Shown one piece after another: positions 50,028-59,314 of a stretch of 64,000 bases of DNA. The notes beneath the pieces were generated by a model. The model ran no database searches. It worked only from the letters and a program-made list of their open reading frames with translations, and was not told the DNA's origin. The position numbers were made by a program, and so were the translations under genes. Every line of letters starts with the position of its first letter. The first letter of the stretch is position 1. The stretch comes from Gaiellales bacterium (GTDB taxonomy: Bacteria; Actinomycetota; Thermoleophilia; Gaiellales; JAICJC01). The DNA lies in assembly GCA_036273515.1 (NCBI GenBank), contig DASUHM010000050.1:47246-111245 (forward strand), in the 5' to 3' direction.

Positions 50028-50477
50028 TCACGCCGCTGCCTGGCCGGCGATCCAGACCGCCGCCGTGACGGTGCACGCGACGGGCCAGCGCCACCACACC
50101 TCGTACGGCGAGCGCAGCGACCATACGCTCCCGCACACGTACGTGAGCACGGTCGCGGCGACGGCCGCCGGCGGGTACGCCGCGGAGCCGCCGCGGACGA
50201 CGGCGCCGGCAACTGCGGCGTCGAACGCGGCCGCCCAGGCCACCACCGCGGTCACGATCACCCGCTCGATTGCGCCCGCCCGGCCCATTCCGGGGAGCGC
50301 CACAGGGCCGACCCAGGCGGCCAGCAGCGCGAGCAGCGCCGCGCTGCCGCCGATGATCCCGAGCGACGCCGACCCGGCGCCGACAGCGGCCACGCCGAGG
50401 GGCGCGGCGGGGAGCGCCACGGCCAAAGTCCCGGCCGCCGCCCAGCGCGGCGGCGAGGCCGTCCGCACCAGCTGCAT
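50028..50477 (-). CDS. membrane protein, hypothetical
   Basis: ATG 50477 (MQLVRTASPPRWAAAGTLAVALPAAPLG...). 149 aa, 4 TM-like segments. TGATG junction with the rhodanese stop. Confidence 0.5.
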   Translation of the reverse strand: MQLVRTASPPRWAAAGTLAVALPAAPLGVAAVGAGSASLGIIGGSAALLALLAAWVGPVALPGMGRAGAIERVIVTAVVAWAAAFDAAVAGAVVRGGSAAYPPAAVAATVLTYVCGSVWSLRSPYEVWWRWPVACTVTAAVWIAGQAAA

Positions 50478-51130
50478 CAGGCCGCGCCGAGCAGGTCGAG
50501 GCCGATCGGCCGCTCCAGCAGGTCGGCCACGCCGCCGTCGGCGACGCGCCAGACGTTGCGGTGGCCCCAGCGGCGAAGCGCGCTCGCCGCGACGGCGGCG
50601 CGGCGGCCGTCGGAGCAGCACGCCACCGTCGGAACGTCCGGAAGCAGGTGCGCCGCCCCGCGCAGCGCCGCGAGCGGCAGGTGCACGGAGCCGGGCACGT
50701 AGCCGCACCGCCACTCGGCGGTCTCGCGGACGTCGATCAGGAGCACCGCGCCGGTCGCAAGCTCGTCCGCGAGACGATCGACCTCGATCGCCCCGCCGCG
50801 CGCCAACGGATGGCCCCCGACGGCGCGGCCGGGATGGTCGCCGGCCACCGCGCCGAGCAACTCGCGGAACCCGGCGGCCTCGAGCTCGGCCTCGAGTTCG
50901 ACCGCCTGCTCGAGCCGCGCCGCCAGCGCGAGCACCGGCACGTCGCGCGAGAGCACGAGGGCCGCCAGCCCGCCGGCGCCCGGCCCGGCGGGCACGTTCA
51001 CGGCGCCCTGGAGGTGACCGGCGTCGAACGCCTGGGGCGCGCGCCCGTCGACGACGGCGGCGCCGGCCCGCAGCGCGCCGGCCACGGGGGCCGGGCCGAC
51101 GAGGCGCAGGCGCGTGCCGGCCGCGCTCAT
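50477..51130 (-). CDS. tandem rhodanese-domain sulfurtransferase-like protein
   Basis: ATG 51130. Two rhodanese modules; the second has the active-site loop VACCSDGRRAA. Confidence 0.7.
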   Translation of the reverse strand: MSAAGTRLRLVGPAPVAGALRAGAAVVDGRAPQAFDAGHLQGAVNVPAGPGAGGLAALVLSRDVPVLALAARLEQAVELEAELEAAGFRELLGAVAGDHPGRAVGGHPLARGGAIEVDRLADELATGAVLLIDVRETAEWRCGYVPGSVHLPLAALRGAAHLLPDVPTVACCSDGRRAAVAASALRRWGHRNVWRVADGGVADLLERPIGLDLLGAA

Positions 51131-51492
51131 CCGACCGCCTTTCCGGCGACGAGCCCGCCCCACTCGTCGTCGTCCGCCTCCGCCGTCTCGGAGAGCGCCC
51201 GCACGGGGGCCCGCTCGAACACGCCGGCGGCCGCGCGCACGCAGCTGCCCGTGTCGGCGAAGAGGGAGTCCATGGTGATGCCGAACGCGGCCGCGATCCG
51301 CTGCGCCGTCCGCGAGCGCGGCTCCGAGCGGCCATGGAGGATGTTCCAGAGCCCCTGCGGCGACAGCCCGAGGTAGCGGGCGAGCCGCTGCTGGCTGACG
51401 TTGTGCATGCCGAGCAGGTGCCGGACGTTGGTTCCCAAGCTTGCTGCTGCCACTGGTTGATGCCTCTCCTGGTTCGCGTCGAGCTCCCCCAT
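51127..51492 (-). CDS. XRE-family helix-turn-helix regulator
   Basis: HTH LGTNVRHLLGMHNVSQQRLARYLGLSPQGLWNILHGR. The start is uncertain (ATG 51492 or the track start at 51519). ATGA overlap with the rhodanese gene. Confidence 0.7.
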   Translation of the reverse strand: MGELDANQERHQPVAAASLGTNVRHLLGMHNVSQQRLARYLGLSPQGLWNILHGRSEPRSRTAQRIAAAFGITMDSLFADTGSCVRAAAGVFERAPVRALSETAEADDDEWGGLVAGKAVG

Positions 51493-51569
51493 TCGAGGGT
51501 TCTCGCTTGACAGTCTCACGCACCCATCCTACCCTAATCTCAACTTAGTCGATAGACAAAGGAGAAAAG

Positions 51570-52604
51570 TTGAACCGAGTACAAGTACGGATCGCGGCGG
51601 CCGGGGCCGTCGTCCTCTCGATCGTCGCCCTGGCGGCGGCTTGCGGGGGCAGCGGCGGAAGCACCGCCGATGCCGCGTCTGGTGGGAAGATCAACCTCGT
51701 CGCCTACTCGACGCCCGAGACGTCGTACGCGAAGCTGATCCCCGCCTTCAACACGACGTCGGAGGGCAAGGGCGTCACCTTCACGCAGTCCTACGGCGCC
51801 TCCGGCGACCAGAGCCGGGCGGTCGCCGCCGGGCAGGCCGCCGACGTCGTCCACTTCGCCCTCGAGCCGGACATCTCGCGGCTCGTCGACGCGAAGCTGG
51901 TCAGTCCCAACTGGAATCAGAACCAGTACAACGGCTTCGTCGCGGACACCATGGTCGTGTTCGTCGTCCGCAAGGGCAACCCGAAGCACATCACCACCTG
52001 GGACGACCTGACCAAGCCCGGCGTCGAGGTGATCACGCCCAACCCGTTCACCTCGGGCGGCGCCCGCTGGAACATCATGGCGGCGTACGGCGCCCAGCTG
52101 AAGGAAGGCAAGACCCCCGCGCAGGCCCAGCAGTACCTGAGCGACCTGTTCCACCACGTGCCTGTCCAGGACGACAAGGCATCCGCCGCCCTGCAGACGT
52201 TCACCGGTGGCAAGGGTGACGTGCTCCTCGCCTACGAGCAGGACGCCCTGCTCGCTCAGGAGAGCGGCGCGGACATCCAGATCGTGTACCCCCCGCAGAC
52301 GATCCAGATCCAGACGCCGATCGCGACGACGGTGAAGGCCTCGTCCGCCGCGAAGAGCTTCGTCAAGTGGATGTACACGCCCCAGGCTCAGACGATCCTG
52401 GCCCAGACCGGCTACCGGCCGGTGGTCTCGAGCGTCGAGTCCGCGTTCACCAAGGCGTTCCCGGACGCCGGCAACCCCACCCAGTTCACGATCGACGACG
52501 TCGACTCGGGCGGCTGGGATGACGTGATGACGAAGTTCTTCGATCCGACGAACAGCGTCATGCAGAAGATCGAGTCCAGCATCGGAGTGTCGACCAGCTC
52601 ATGA
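51570..52604 (+). CDS. sbp: sulfate/thiosulfate ABC transporter substrate-binding lipoprotein
   Basis: TTG 51570, 5 nt after AAAGGAGAAAAG. Lipobox LAAACGG. Sbp/CysP family sequence. Confidence 0.88.
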   Translation: MNRVQVRIAAAGAVVLSIVALAAACGGSGGSTADAASGGKINLVAYSTPETSYAKLIPAFNTTSEGKGVTFTQSYGASGDQSRAVAAGQAADVVHFALEPDISRLVDAKLVSPNWNQNQYNGFVADTMVVFVVRKGNPKHITTWDDLTKPGVEVITPNPFTSGGARWNIMAAYGAQLKEGKTPAQAQQYLSDLFHHVPVQDDKASAALQTFTGGKGDVLLAYEQDALLAQESGADIQIVYPPQTIQIQTPIATTVKASSAAKSFVKWMYTPQAQTILAQTGYRPVVSSVESAFTKAFPDAGNPTQFTIDDVDSGGWDDVMTKFFDPTNSVMQKIESSIGVSTSS

Positions 52605-53419
52605 CGACGGTCGCACTCCCGCGCAGGCGGGCCTCCGGGGCGGCGCTACCCAGCGTCGCTCCGGGGGTTGCGATCACCTACCTGTCGGTGGTCGTGCTCC
52701 TGCCGCTCTCCGCCCTCCTGTGGGAGTCCCACAAGGGCGGCCTCGACGCCTTCTGGCAGGCGGTCACCGCTCCCGATGCGGTGGCCGCGCTCAAGCTCAC
52801 CCTCGGAGCGGCGCTGCTCGTCGCCCTGATCAACGCCGTCTTCGGCACCCTGATCGCGTGGGTGCTGGTGCGCGACTCCTTCATCGGGAAAGGGCTCGTG
52901 AACTCGCTCATCGACCTGCCGTTCGCCCTGCCGACGGTGGTGGCCGGCCTCACCCTGCTCACCCTGTACGGCCCCAACTCCCCGATCGGCCTGAACATCA
53001 CCTACACCCGCAAGGCGGTCGTGCTCGCGCTGATGTTCGAGACGCTGCCGTTCGTCATCCGCAGCGTCCAGCCGGTGCTGCTCGAGCTCGACCGCGAGAT
53101 GGAGGAGGCGGCCGCATCGCTCGGTGCCCGCGGCCACGTCATCTTCCGCCGCGTCGTCCTGCCGAACCTGATGCCGGCGATCTTCTCCGGCATGGCGCTC
53201 GCCTTCGCCCGGGCGGTCGGCGAGTACGGCTCGGTCGTGATGCTCTCGGGCAACGTGCCGTTCTCGACCGAGGTCGCCTCGGTGCACATCTACTCGCAGA
53301 TCCAGAGCGACTACGTGACCGGTGCGACCGCGATGTCGGTCGTCCTGCTCTCGATCTCGCTCGTCGTGCTCCTGTCCATCTCCGCCCTCCACCGCTGGAG
53401 CTCGAAGCATGATCGTTAA
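52601..53419 (+). CDS. cysT: sulfate ABC transporter permease CysT
   Basis: 272 aa. Contains an EAA-loop segment EAAASLGARGHVIFRRVVLP. Confidence 0.88.
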   Translation: MTTVALPRRRASGAALPSVAPGVAITYLSVVVLLPLSALLWESHKGGLDAFWQAVTAPDAVAALKLTLGAALLVALINAVFGTLIAWVLVRDSFIGKGLVNSLIDLPFALPTVVAGLTLLTLYGPNSPIGLNITYTRKAVVLALMFETLPFVIRSVQPVLLELDREMEEAAASLGARGHVIFRRVVLPNLMPAIFSGMALAFARAVGEYGSVVMLSGNVPFSTEVASVHIYSQIQSDYVTGATAMSVVLLSISLVVLLSISALHRWSSKHDR

Positions 53420-54200
53420 GTACGGGCTCCGCTTCGTGGCGCTGACCTACCTGGCGCTGCTCCTGATCATCCCGGTCGGGATGATCGTCGCGCACACCTT
53501 CTCCGGCGGCATCGCACCCGTCTGGACCGCGCTCACCGACCCGGACGCGATCAAGGCGCTCGAGCTGACGCTCAAGATCGCGATCATCGTCGTCCCGCTG
53601 AACACGCTGTTCGGGATCACGATGGCGCTCGTCATGGTGCGGCGCGAGTTCCGCGGCAAGGCGCTGCTCTCGGCCCTGATCGACCTGCCCTTCGCCGTCT
53701 CGCCCGTCATCGTGGGCTTCACGCTGATCCTGGTGTACGGCATGAACGGCTGGTTCGGCGAGTTCTTCATCAACCAGGGCTACCCGATCATCTTCTCGAC
53801 GCCGGGCATGGTGCTCGCGACGATGTTCGCGTCGCTCCCGTTCGTCTGCCGCGAGGTGATCCCGGTGCTGCGCGAGATCGGCACCGAGCAGGAGCAGGCG
53901 GCGGCGACGCTGGGCGCGCGGGCGCATCAGACGTTCCGGCGCGTCACCCTGCCGGCGATCCGCTGGGGCATCGTCTACGGCGTCGTCCTCACGACCGCAC
54001 GCGCGATCGGCGAGTACGGCGCCGTCGCCGTCGTCTCGGGCAACGTGATCGGCCAGACCCAGACGCTGACGCTCCGCGTCTCGCAGGAGTATCAGAACTT
54101 CGACCACATCGCGGCCTACACGGCGGCGCTCGAGCTCGCCGTGATCGCACTCGTGACCCTGTTCCTGATGAACCTGTTCCACCCCCGAAAGGACCACTAG
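53409..54200 (+). CDS. cysW: sulfate ABC transporter permease CysW
   Basis: ATG 53409 ([15 protein letters not shown]...). EAA-loop-like [21 protein letters not shown]. 11-nt overlap with cysT. Confidence 0.88.
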   Translation: MIVKYGLRFVALTYLALLLIIPVGMIVAHTFSGGIAPVWTALTDPDAIKALELTLKIAIIVVPLNTLFGITMALVMVRREFRGKALLSALIDLPFAVSPVIVGFTLILVYGMNGWFGEFFINQGYPIIFSTPGMVLATMFASLPFVCREVIPVLREIGTEQEQAAATLGARAHQTFRRVTLPAIRWGIVYGVVLTTARAIGEYGAVAVVSGNVIGQTQTLTLRVSQEYQNFDHIAAYTAALELAVIALVTLFLMNLFHPRKDH

Positions 54201-54207
54201 CTCAGAT

Positions 54208-55188
54208 ATGGCAATCACCGTCCGCAACGTGAACAAGCGCTTCGGCGACTTCGTGGCACTCGACGATGTCAGCCTTGAAGTGCCGGCGGGATCGCTGACG
54301 GCGCTCCTGGGCCCCAGCGGGAGCGGCAAGTCGACGCTCCTGCGCGTCATCGCCGGTCTCGAGAAGGCCGACCAGGGCGAGGTCTTCATCGGGGGCGCCG
54401 AGGCGACGAAGCTGCCGCCGCAGCGACGCGACATCGGCTTCGTGTTCCAGCACTACGCCGCCTTCAAGCACATGACAGTCGCCAAGAACGTGGCGTTCGG
54501 CCTCGAGATCCGCAAGCGGCCCAAGGACGAGGTGAAGCGACGGGTGGCGGAGCTGCTCGACCTCGTCCAGCTCGACGGCTTCGGCGACCGCTACCCGTCC
54601 CAGCTCTCGGGCGGCCAGCGCCAGCGCATGGCGCTCGCCCGCGCGCTCGCGGTCGAGCCCGAGGTGCTGCTCCTCGACGAGCCCTTCGGCGCCCTCGACG
54701 CCAAGGTGCGCAGTGAGCTGCGCGCCTGGCTGCGGCGGCTGCACGACGAGATGCACGTCACCACCGTGTTCGTCACCCATGACCAGGAAGAGGCCATGGA
54801 GGTGTCGGACACGATCGTGCTCATGGATCACGGGCGGATCGTCCAGGAGGGCCGCCCGCAGGATCTCTACGACCATCCCGAGACCGAGTTCGTGATGCGC
54901 TTCATGGGCCAGGTCAACCGGATCGGCGACGTCTACGTGCGCCCGCACGACGTCGAGATCCGGCTCGAGCCCAACGGCACCACCGAGGCGGCGGTCGTCG
55001 AGCGAGTCCTGCACATGGGCCACCACATCCGCGTCGACCTGACCGTGAACGGCGGCGACCCGGTGTCGGCCCAGCTCACCCGCGACGAGGCGGAGCGGCT
55101 CGGCCTCGAGCCGGGCCGGCCGGTTTTCGTGCGCCCCGCGAAGGCCAGGACCTTCGCCGGCGAGCCGGAAGCCGAGGCCGTCTCCTGA
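54208..55188 (+). CDS. cysA: sulfate ABC transporter ATP-binding protein
   Basis: Walker [10 protein letters not shown], signature LSGGQRQR, Walker [12 protein letters not shown], and a C-terminal TOBE-like domain. Confidence 0.9.
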   Translation: MAITVRNVNKRFGDFVALDDVSLEVPAGSLTALLGPSGSGKSTLLRVIAGLEKADQGEVFIGGAEATKLPPQRRDIGFVFQHYAAFKHMTVAKNVAFGLEIRKRPKDEVKRRVAELLDLVQLDGFGDRYPSQLSGGQRQRMALARALAVEPEVLLLDEPFGALDAKVRSELRAWLRRLHDEMHVTTVFVTHDQEEAMEVSDTIVLMDHGRIVQEGRPQDLYDHPETEFVMRFMGQVNRIGDVYVRPHDVEIRLEPNGTTEAAVVERVLHMGHHIRVDLTVNGGDPVSAQLTRDEAERLGLEPGRPVFVRPAKARTFAGEPEAEAVS

Positions 55189-55195
55189 CGGGCAT

Positions 55196-55227
55196 GGGAC
55201 TGTCCCCGGCAGGGCGGGGACAGTCCC
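55196..55227 (+). terminator. hairpin terminator after cysA
   Basis: 13-bp perfect stem GGGACTGTCCCCG / CGGGGACAGTCCC with a 6-nt loop, 8 nt after the TGA. No U tract. Confidence 0.6.
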
Positions 55228-55233
55228 CGAGCA

Positions 55234-55300
55234 CCGGGGTCAGACCCCGAACGGAAGCGTCACGAACGTGCAACGACCGGCGTTCGGGGTCTGACCCCGG
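55234..55300. repeat. composite element: two palindrome-family cores as a perfect 20-bp inverted repeat around a 27-nt spacer
   Basis: CCGGGGTCAGACCCCGAACG (55234-55253) and CGTTCGGGGTCTGACCCCGG (55281-55300). The right arm abuts the TAA stop (55301-55303) of the minus-strand permease gene. Confidence 0.8.
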
Positions 55301-56098
55301 TTAGCGGCCGGTGATGCCACCCGTGTCGCGCATCAGGCGCTGGGCCAGGTAGACCGGGATCGCGGTCAGCAGGATCACGAACACCGCGACCGCGTTCACC
55401 TCGGCGGCGGTGTTCGGGAGCCGGAACTGGTTGTAGATCCAGAGCGGCAGCGTCTGCTGGCTGCCGGCGGTGAAGAGCGTGACGACGACCTCGTCGAAGG
55501 AGAGCGCGAACGCGAGCAGGCCGCCGGCGACGAGCGCCGTGGCGATGCTCGGCAGGGTCACGTGCCGGAACGTCTGCCAGCCGTCTGCGCCGAGGTCCAT
55601 CGACGCCTCCTCGAGCGACGTCGAGGAGCGCCGCAGCCGCGCGACCACGTTGTTGAAGACGACCACGATGCAGAACGTGGCGTGGCCGGCGACCACCGTC
55701 CAGAGCGACGGCGTGATGCCCAGGTAGTCGATGGTCGAGAGCAGCGCGAGCCCGGTGACGATGCCCGGCAGCGCGATCGGAAGCACGAAGAGCAGCGACA
55801 CCGTGTTCTGGCCGAAGAACCGGAACCGCGAGAGCGCGAACGCGATGCACGACCCCAGCACGAGGGCGACCGCGGCGGCCCGCAGCCCGACCGTCACGGA
55901 GTTCTCGAACGCCGTCCGGGCGAACTGGTCGTGCCAGGCCAGCCGGAACCATCGCGTCGAGTAGTGGCCGATCGGCCAGCCCGGGATCGGCGAGGAGCTG
56001 AACGCCTGCAGCACGATCACGAGCAGCGGCAGGTACAGGAACAGCATCACGAACGTCGATGCGGCCCGCAGGCCGATCCGAACGGCGCGCGGCTCCAT
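55301..56098 (-). CDS. ABC transporter permease (PotC-like, polyamine-type)
   Basis: 265 aa, 6 TM. EAA loop EEASMDLGADGWQTFRHVTLP. Confidence 0.85.
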   Translation of the reverse strand: MEPRAVRIGLRAASTFVMLFLYLPLLVIVLQAFSSSPIPGWPIGHYSTRWFRLAWHDQFARTAFENSVTVGLRAAAVALVLGSCIAFALSRFRFFGQNTVSLLFVLPIALPGIVTGLALLSTIDYLGITPSLWTVVAGHATFCIVVVFNNVVARLRRSSTSLEEASMDLGADGWQTFRHVTLPSIATALVAGGLLAFALSFDEVVVTLFTAGSQQTLPLWIYNQFRLPNTAAEVNAVAVFVILLTAIPVYLAQRLMRDTGGITGR

Positions 56099-57007
56099 CT
56101 AAAGGGCCTCGAATGCGCCGAGGCGCTTCATGACCATGAGGTAGACGATGACGATCGCGACGGGAACGCACGCGAACGCCGCCGCGTAGGGCAGGTTCTG
56201 GGCGACGCCCTGGAAGCGGAAGATCACGTTCCCGATGAAGTCGTGGTTGTTCCCGCCGACGAGGTCAGGGAGCACGTAGTCGCCCAGCGTGAGCGAGAAC
56301 GTGAAGATCGATCCGGCCGCGATGCCGGGCAGAGCGAGCGGCCAGATCACCTTGCGGAACGTGATCCAGGCCCGGCCGCCCAGGTCGCTCGACGCCTCCA
56401 GGAACGACCCCGGAACCCGTTCCAGGGCCGCGTAGACGGGCAGGATCATGTAGGGCAGCCACATGTAGCTGAAGGCCAGCCACATGGCCGTGTAGGAGTA
56501 GGCGATGTGGTACGGACCGAGGCCGATCTTGCCGAACGCCCAGTTGATCGGGCCGTCATAGGCCGTCATCAGACGCCACGTATACGCCTTGATCAGATAG
56601 CTCGACCAGAGCGGCATGAGCACGCCGACGAAGAGCACCGCCCGCATCTTCGGCGACGCCATGCGCACCATGTAGTAGGCGAGCGGGAACGCCAGGACGG
56701 CGTCGGTGATCGTGACGACGATCGCCATCCCCACCGTGTTGCGGGTGATGACCCGGTTGGTGGGGTCGTCCCACAGCTGCTTGAAGTTGTCCAGCGTGAA
56801 CGTGTGCAGGATCCGGCCGGAGAGCTCGTCCTGCACCCACAGCGACGTGAGGAGCAGCACCCCGAGCGCCGCCAGGTAGACGACCAGGATCCAGCCCATC
56901 GGCGGCAGCAGGAGCAGGCCGAGCTTCAGCTTCCGCCGACGGTAGAAGAACGCGGACACCCGCCGGCGCGCGCCGGCCGTCCCCGCCCCGGAGGCGGAGG
57001 CGGTCAC
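56099..57007 (-). CDS. ABC transporter permease (PotB-like)
   Basis: 302 aa. EAA loop LEASSDLGGRAWITFRKVIWP. Confidence 0.85.
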   Translation of the reverse strand: MTASASGAGTAGARRRVSAFFYRRRKLKLGLLLLPPMGWILVVYLAALGVLLLTSLWVQDELSGRILHTFTLDNFKQLWDDPTNRVITRNTVGMAIVVTITDAVLAFPLAYYMVRMASPKMRAVLFVGVLMPLWSSYLIKAYTWRLMTAYDGPINWAFGKIGLGPYHIAYSYTAMWLAFSYMWLPYMILPVYAALERVPGSFLEASSDLGGRAWITFRKVIWPLALPGIAAGSIFTFSLTLGDYVLPDLVGGNNHDFIGNVIFRFQGVAQNLPYAAAFACVPVAIVIVYLMVMKRLGAFEAL

Positions 57008-57032
57008 GGCGCGCGCCGGCCGGCGGCCGGCA

Positions 57033-58223
57033 TCACGAGTTCTTGATGTCGGTCCAGGCCGTCGTCCACTCGGAGTACGGGATGCAGGTGTTGCCGCGGC
57101 TGTCGCCGCAGTCGGAGAGCGGCGTCTTCCAGTACGCGATCTTCTTGAAGTAGCTCTGGTCGGTCACGTGGTAGTCCGTGCAGTAGTTCGCGACCATCTT
57201 GTCGAGGATCGTGCACGCCTTCGGGTTGGCCGGGGCCGACCCGAACGTGTAGGCCGTGTGCGCCTGGGTGAACGGCTCCGTCGCCCATTTCATCCACATG
57301 AGCATGCAGTTGGGGTGCTTCGCCTGCGACGAGAGCATCCAGGTGTCGGCCCAGCCGGTGGCGCCCTCCTTGGGCAGCACCGTCGCCACGGGCTGCTTCT
57401 CGCCCTTGAGCGTGTTGTACTGGTACGGCCAGGTCGGCCCGATCACGATGGACTTCTGCTTGAAGTCCTGGATCTGCGAGGTGTAGCTCGACCAGTAGTT
57501 GCCGATCTGGGCGCGCTGTTTCTTCAGCAGGGCGACAGCGGCGTCGAACTGGTCCTGCGTCAGCTCGTACGGATCGGTGATCTTCAGGTCGGGCTGCGTC
57601 GCCTTCAGGTACACCGCCGCGTCGGCGATGTAGATCGGGCTGTCGTAGGCGTCGACCTTGCCCTTGTAGCTCGAGCCGTCGAAGATCACGCCCCAGCTGG
57701 TCGGGGCGGGCTTTACGACCTGGGTGTTGTACATGAGCACGTCGGCGCCCCACTCGTAGGACACGCCGTAGTGCAGGCCGTTCACCGTGTTGTGCGGCGG
57801 CGACTGGAGCGCCGGTGAGATGTCCTTCCAGTCGGGGATCAGCTTCTGCACGTCGACCGGGACGACGTCGCCGGCGGCAATCAGCCGGTTGGTGGCGTCG
57901 CCGGACGCGCTGACGCCGTCGTAGTTGCCCGAGCGCATGAGCTGCACCATCTCGTCCGACGTCTGGCCGTAGGTGACGTGCACCTGGCAGCCCGTGCTCT
58001 TCTCGAACGGCTTCACGACGTCGGGCTCGGTGTAGCCCTGCCACGCGATCAGGTCGAGCGCGCCCTCGCCCTTCCCGATGCTCTCGACGACCTTCGTGCT
58101 CGAGCCGCCGCCGCCTCCGTTGCCGCCGCCGCCCGCACCGCCGCCGCCGCTCGAGCCGCCGCAGCCGGCCGCCACGGCCAGCATCACAGTCGCCGCTATC
58201 AGGGCGATCCATCGCTTGGTCAT
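57033..58223 (-). CDS. extracellular solute-binding lipoprotein (PotD/PotF-like)
   Basis: Lipobox LAVAAGCGG and a Gly-rich linker. Family-1 SBP sequence. Confidence 0.8.
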   Translation of the reverse strand: MTKRWIALIAATVMLAVAAGCGGSSGGGGAGGGGNGGGGGSSTKVVESIGKGEGALDLIAWQGYTEPDVVKPFEKSTGCQVHVTYGQTSDEMVQLMRSGNYDGVSASGDATNRLIAAGDVVPVDVQKLIPDWKDISPALQSPPHNTVNGLHYGVSYEWGADVLMYNTQVVKPAPTSWGVIFDGSSYKGKVDAYDSPIYIADAAVYLKATQPDLKITDPYELTQDQFDAAVALLKKQRAQIGNYWSSYTSQIQDFKQKSIVIGPTWPYQYNTLKGEKQPVATVLPKEGATGWADTWMLSSQAKHPNCMLMWMKWATEPFTQAHTAYTFGSAPANPKACTILDKMVANYCTDYHVTDQSYFKKIAYWKTPLSDCGDSRGNTCIPYSEWTTAWTDIKNS

Positions 58224-59314
58224 GCCGGGATCTCCTTCACCTCGTTTTCGCGATCGGCGCCGTCCACCGGACGGTTGTGCTGCCGATCCCAGACAAGGCG
58301 GACCTGCCGTCCGCGCGCGGCCAGCGCCTGCATCGACGACGTGGCCTGGTTCTGCTGCACCACCACCAGCTCGCCCCCCGCCGCGAGCTTCACGATGTAG
58401 CGGGTGTTGACCCCCAGGTAGACGACCTCCGAGACGATGCCCTCGGCACTGCAGCGGTCGGGACCGGGATCCTCGCCGGGTTCGGCGAGATGGATCTTCT
58501 CGGGCCGTACGGTGAACGTCCCGGCGGCCCCGGTGATCGCGCGCGCGACCGCGCCCGTGATCAGGTTCGACGTGCCGACGAAACCGGCCACGAAGGCCGT
58601 CGCCGGGTTCTCGTAGACCTCGGCCGGCGAGCCGACCTGGTCGATGCGGCCGTCGTTGAAGACCGCCAGCCGGTCGCTCATCGTGAGCGCCTCGTCCTGG
58701 TCGTGGGTGACGAACAGGAACGTGATGCCGACGTCCTTCTGGATCGCCTTCAGCTCGATCTGCATCTGCTCGCGCAGCTTCAGGTCGAGCGCCCCCAGCG
58801 GCTCGTCCAGCAGGAGCACGCGGGGCCGGTTGACGAGCGCGCGGGCGAGCGCGATCCGCTGCCGCTGGCCGCCGGAGAGCTGGGCCGGCTTGCGCTTCTC
58901 GTAGCCGGCCAGGCGCACCATCTCGAGCGCCTCCGAGACGCGCGTCGCCCGCTTCCTCTTCGGCACCCGCTTCACCATCAGCCCGTAGCCGACGTTGTCG
59001 CCGACCGTCATGTGCGGGAAGAGCGCGTAGTCCTGGAAGACCGTGTTCACGTCGCGCTGGTACGGCGGCAGTTGCGAGACATCCGCCCCGTCGAGCAGCA
59101 CCTCGCCCGACGTCGGCAGCTCGAACCCGGCGATCAGCCGCAGCGTCGTCGTCTTGCCCGAGCCGGACGGGCCGAGCAGCGTGAAGAACTCGCCCGCCGC
59201 GACGTCGAGATCGACGTGGTCCACGGCGACGACGTCGCCGTAGGTCTTGCGCACGCCCTGGAGGCTGACGGCGGGTGCGGAGCTACCGGCGGGGCTAGCC
59301 GACGGCTGCGCCAA
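58220..59314 (-). CDS. ABC transporter ATP-binding protein (PotA-like)
   Basis: Walker A GPSGSGKTT, signature LSGGQRQR, Walker B LLLDEPLGALD, and a TOBE-like C-terminus. Confidence 0.88.
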   Translation of the reverse strand: MAQPSASPAGSSAPAVSLQGVRKTYGDVVAVDHVDLDVAAGEFFTLLGPSGSGKTTTLRLIAGFELPTSGEVLLDGADVSQLPPYQRDVNTVFQDYALFPHMTVGDNVGYGLMVKRVPKRKRATRVSEALEMVRLAGYEKRKPAQLSGGQRQRIALARALVNRPRVLLLDEPLGALDLKLREQMQIELKAIQKDVGITFLFVTHDQDEALTMSDRLAVFNDGRIDQVGSPAEVYENPATAFVAGFVGTSNLITGAVARAITGAAGTFTVRPEKIHLAEPGEDPGPDRCSAEGIVSEVVYLGVNTRYIVKLAAGGELVVVQQNQATSSMQALAARGRQVRLVWDRQHNRPVDGADRENEVKEIPA

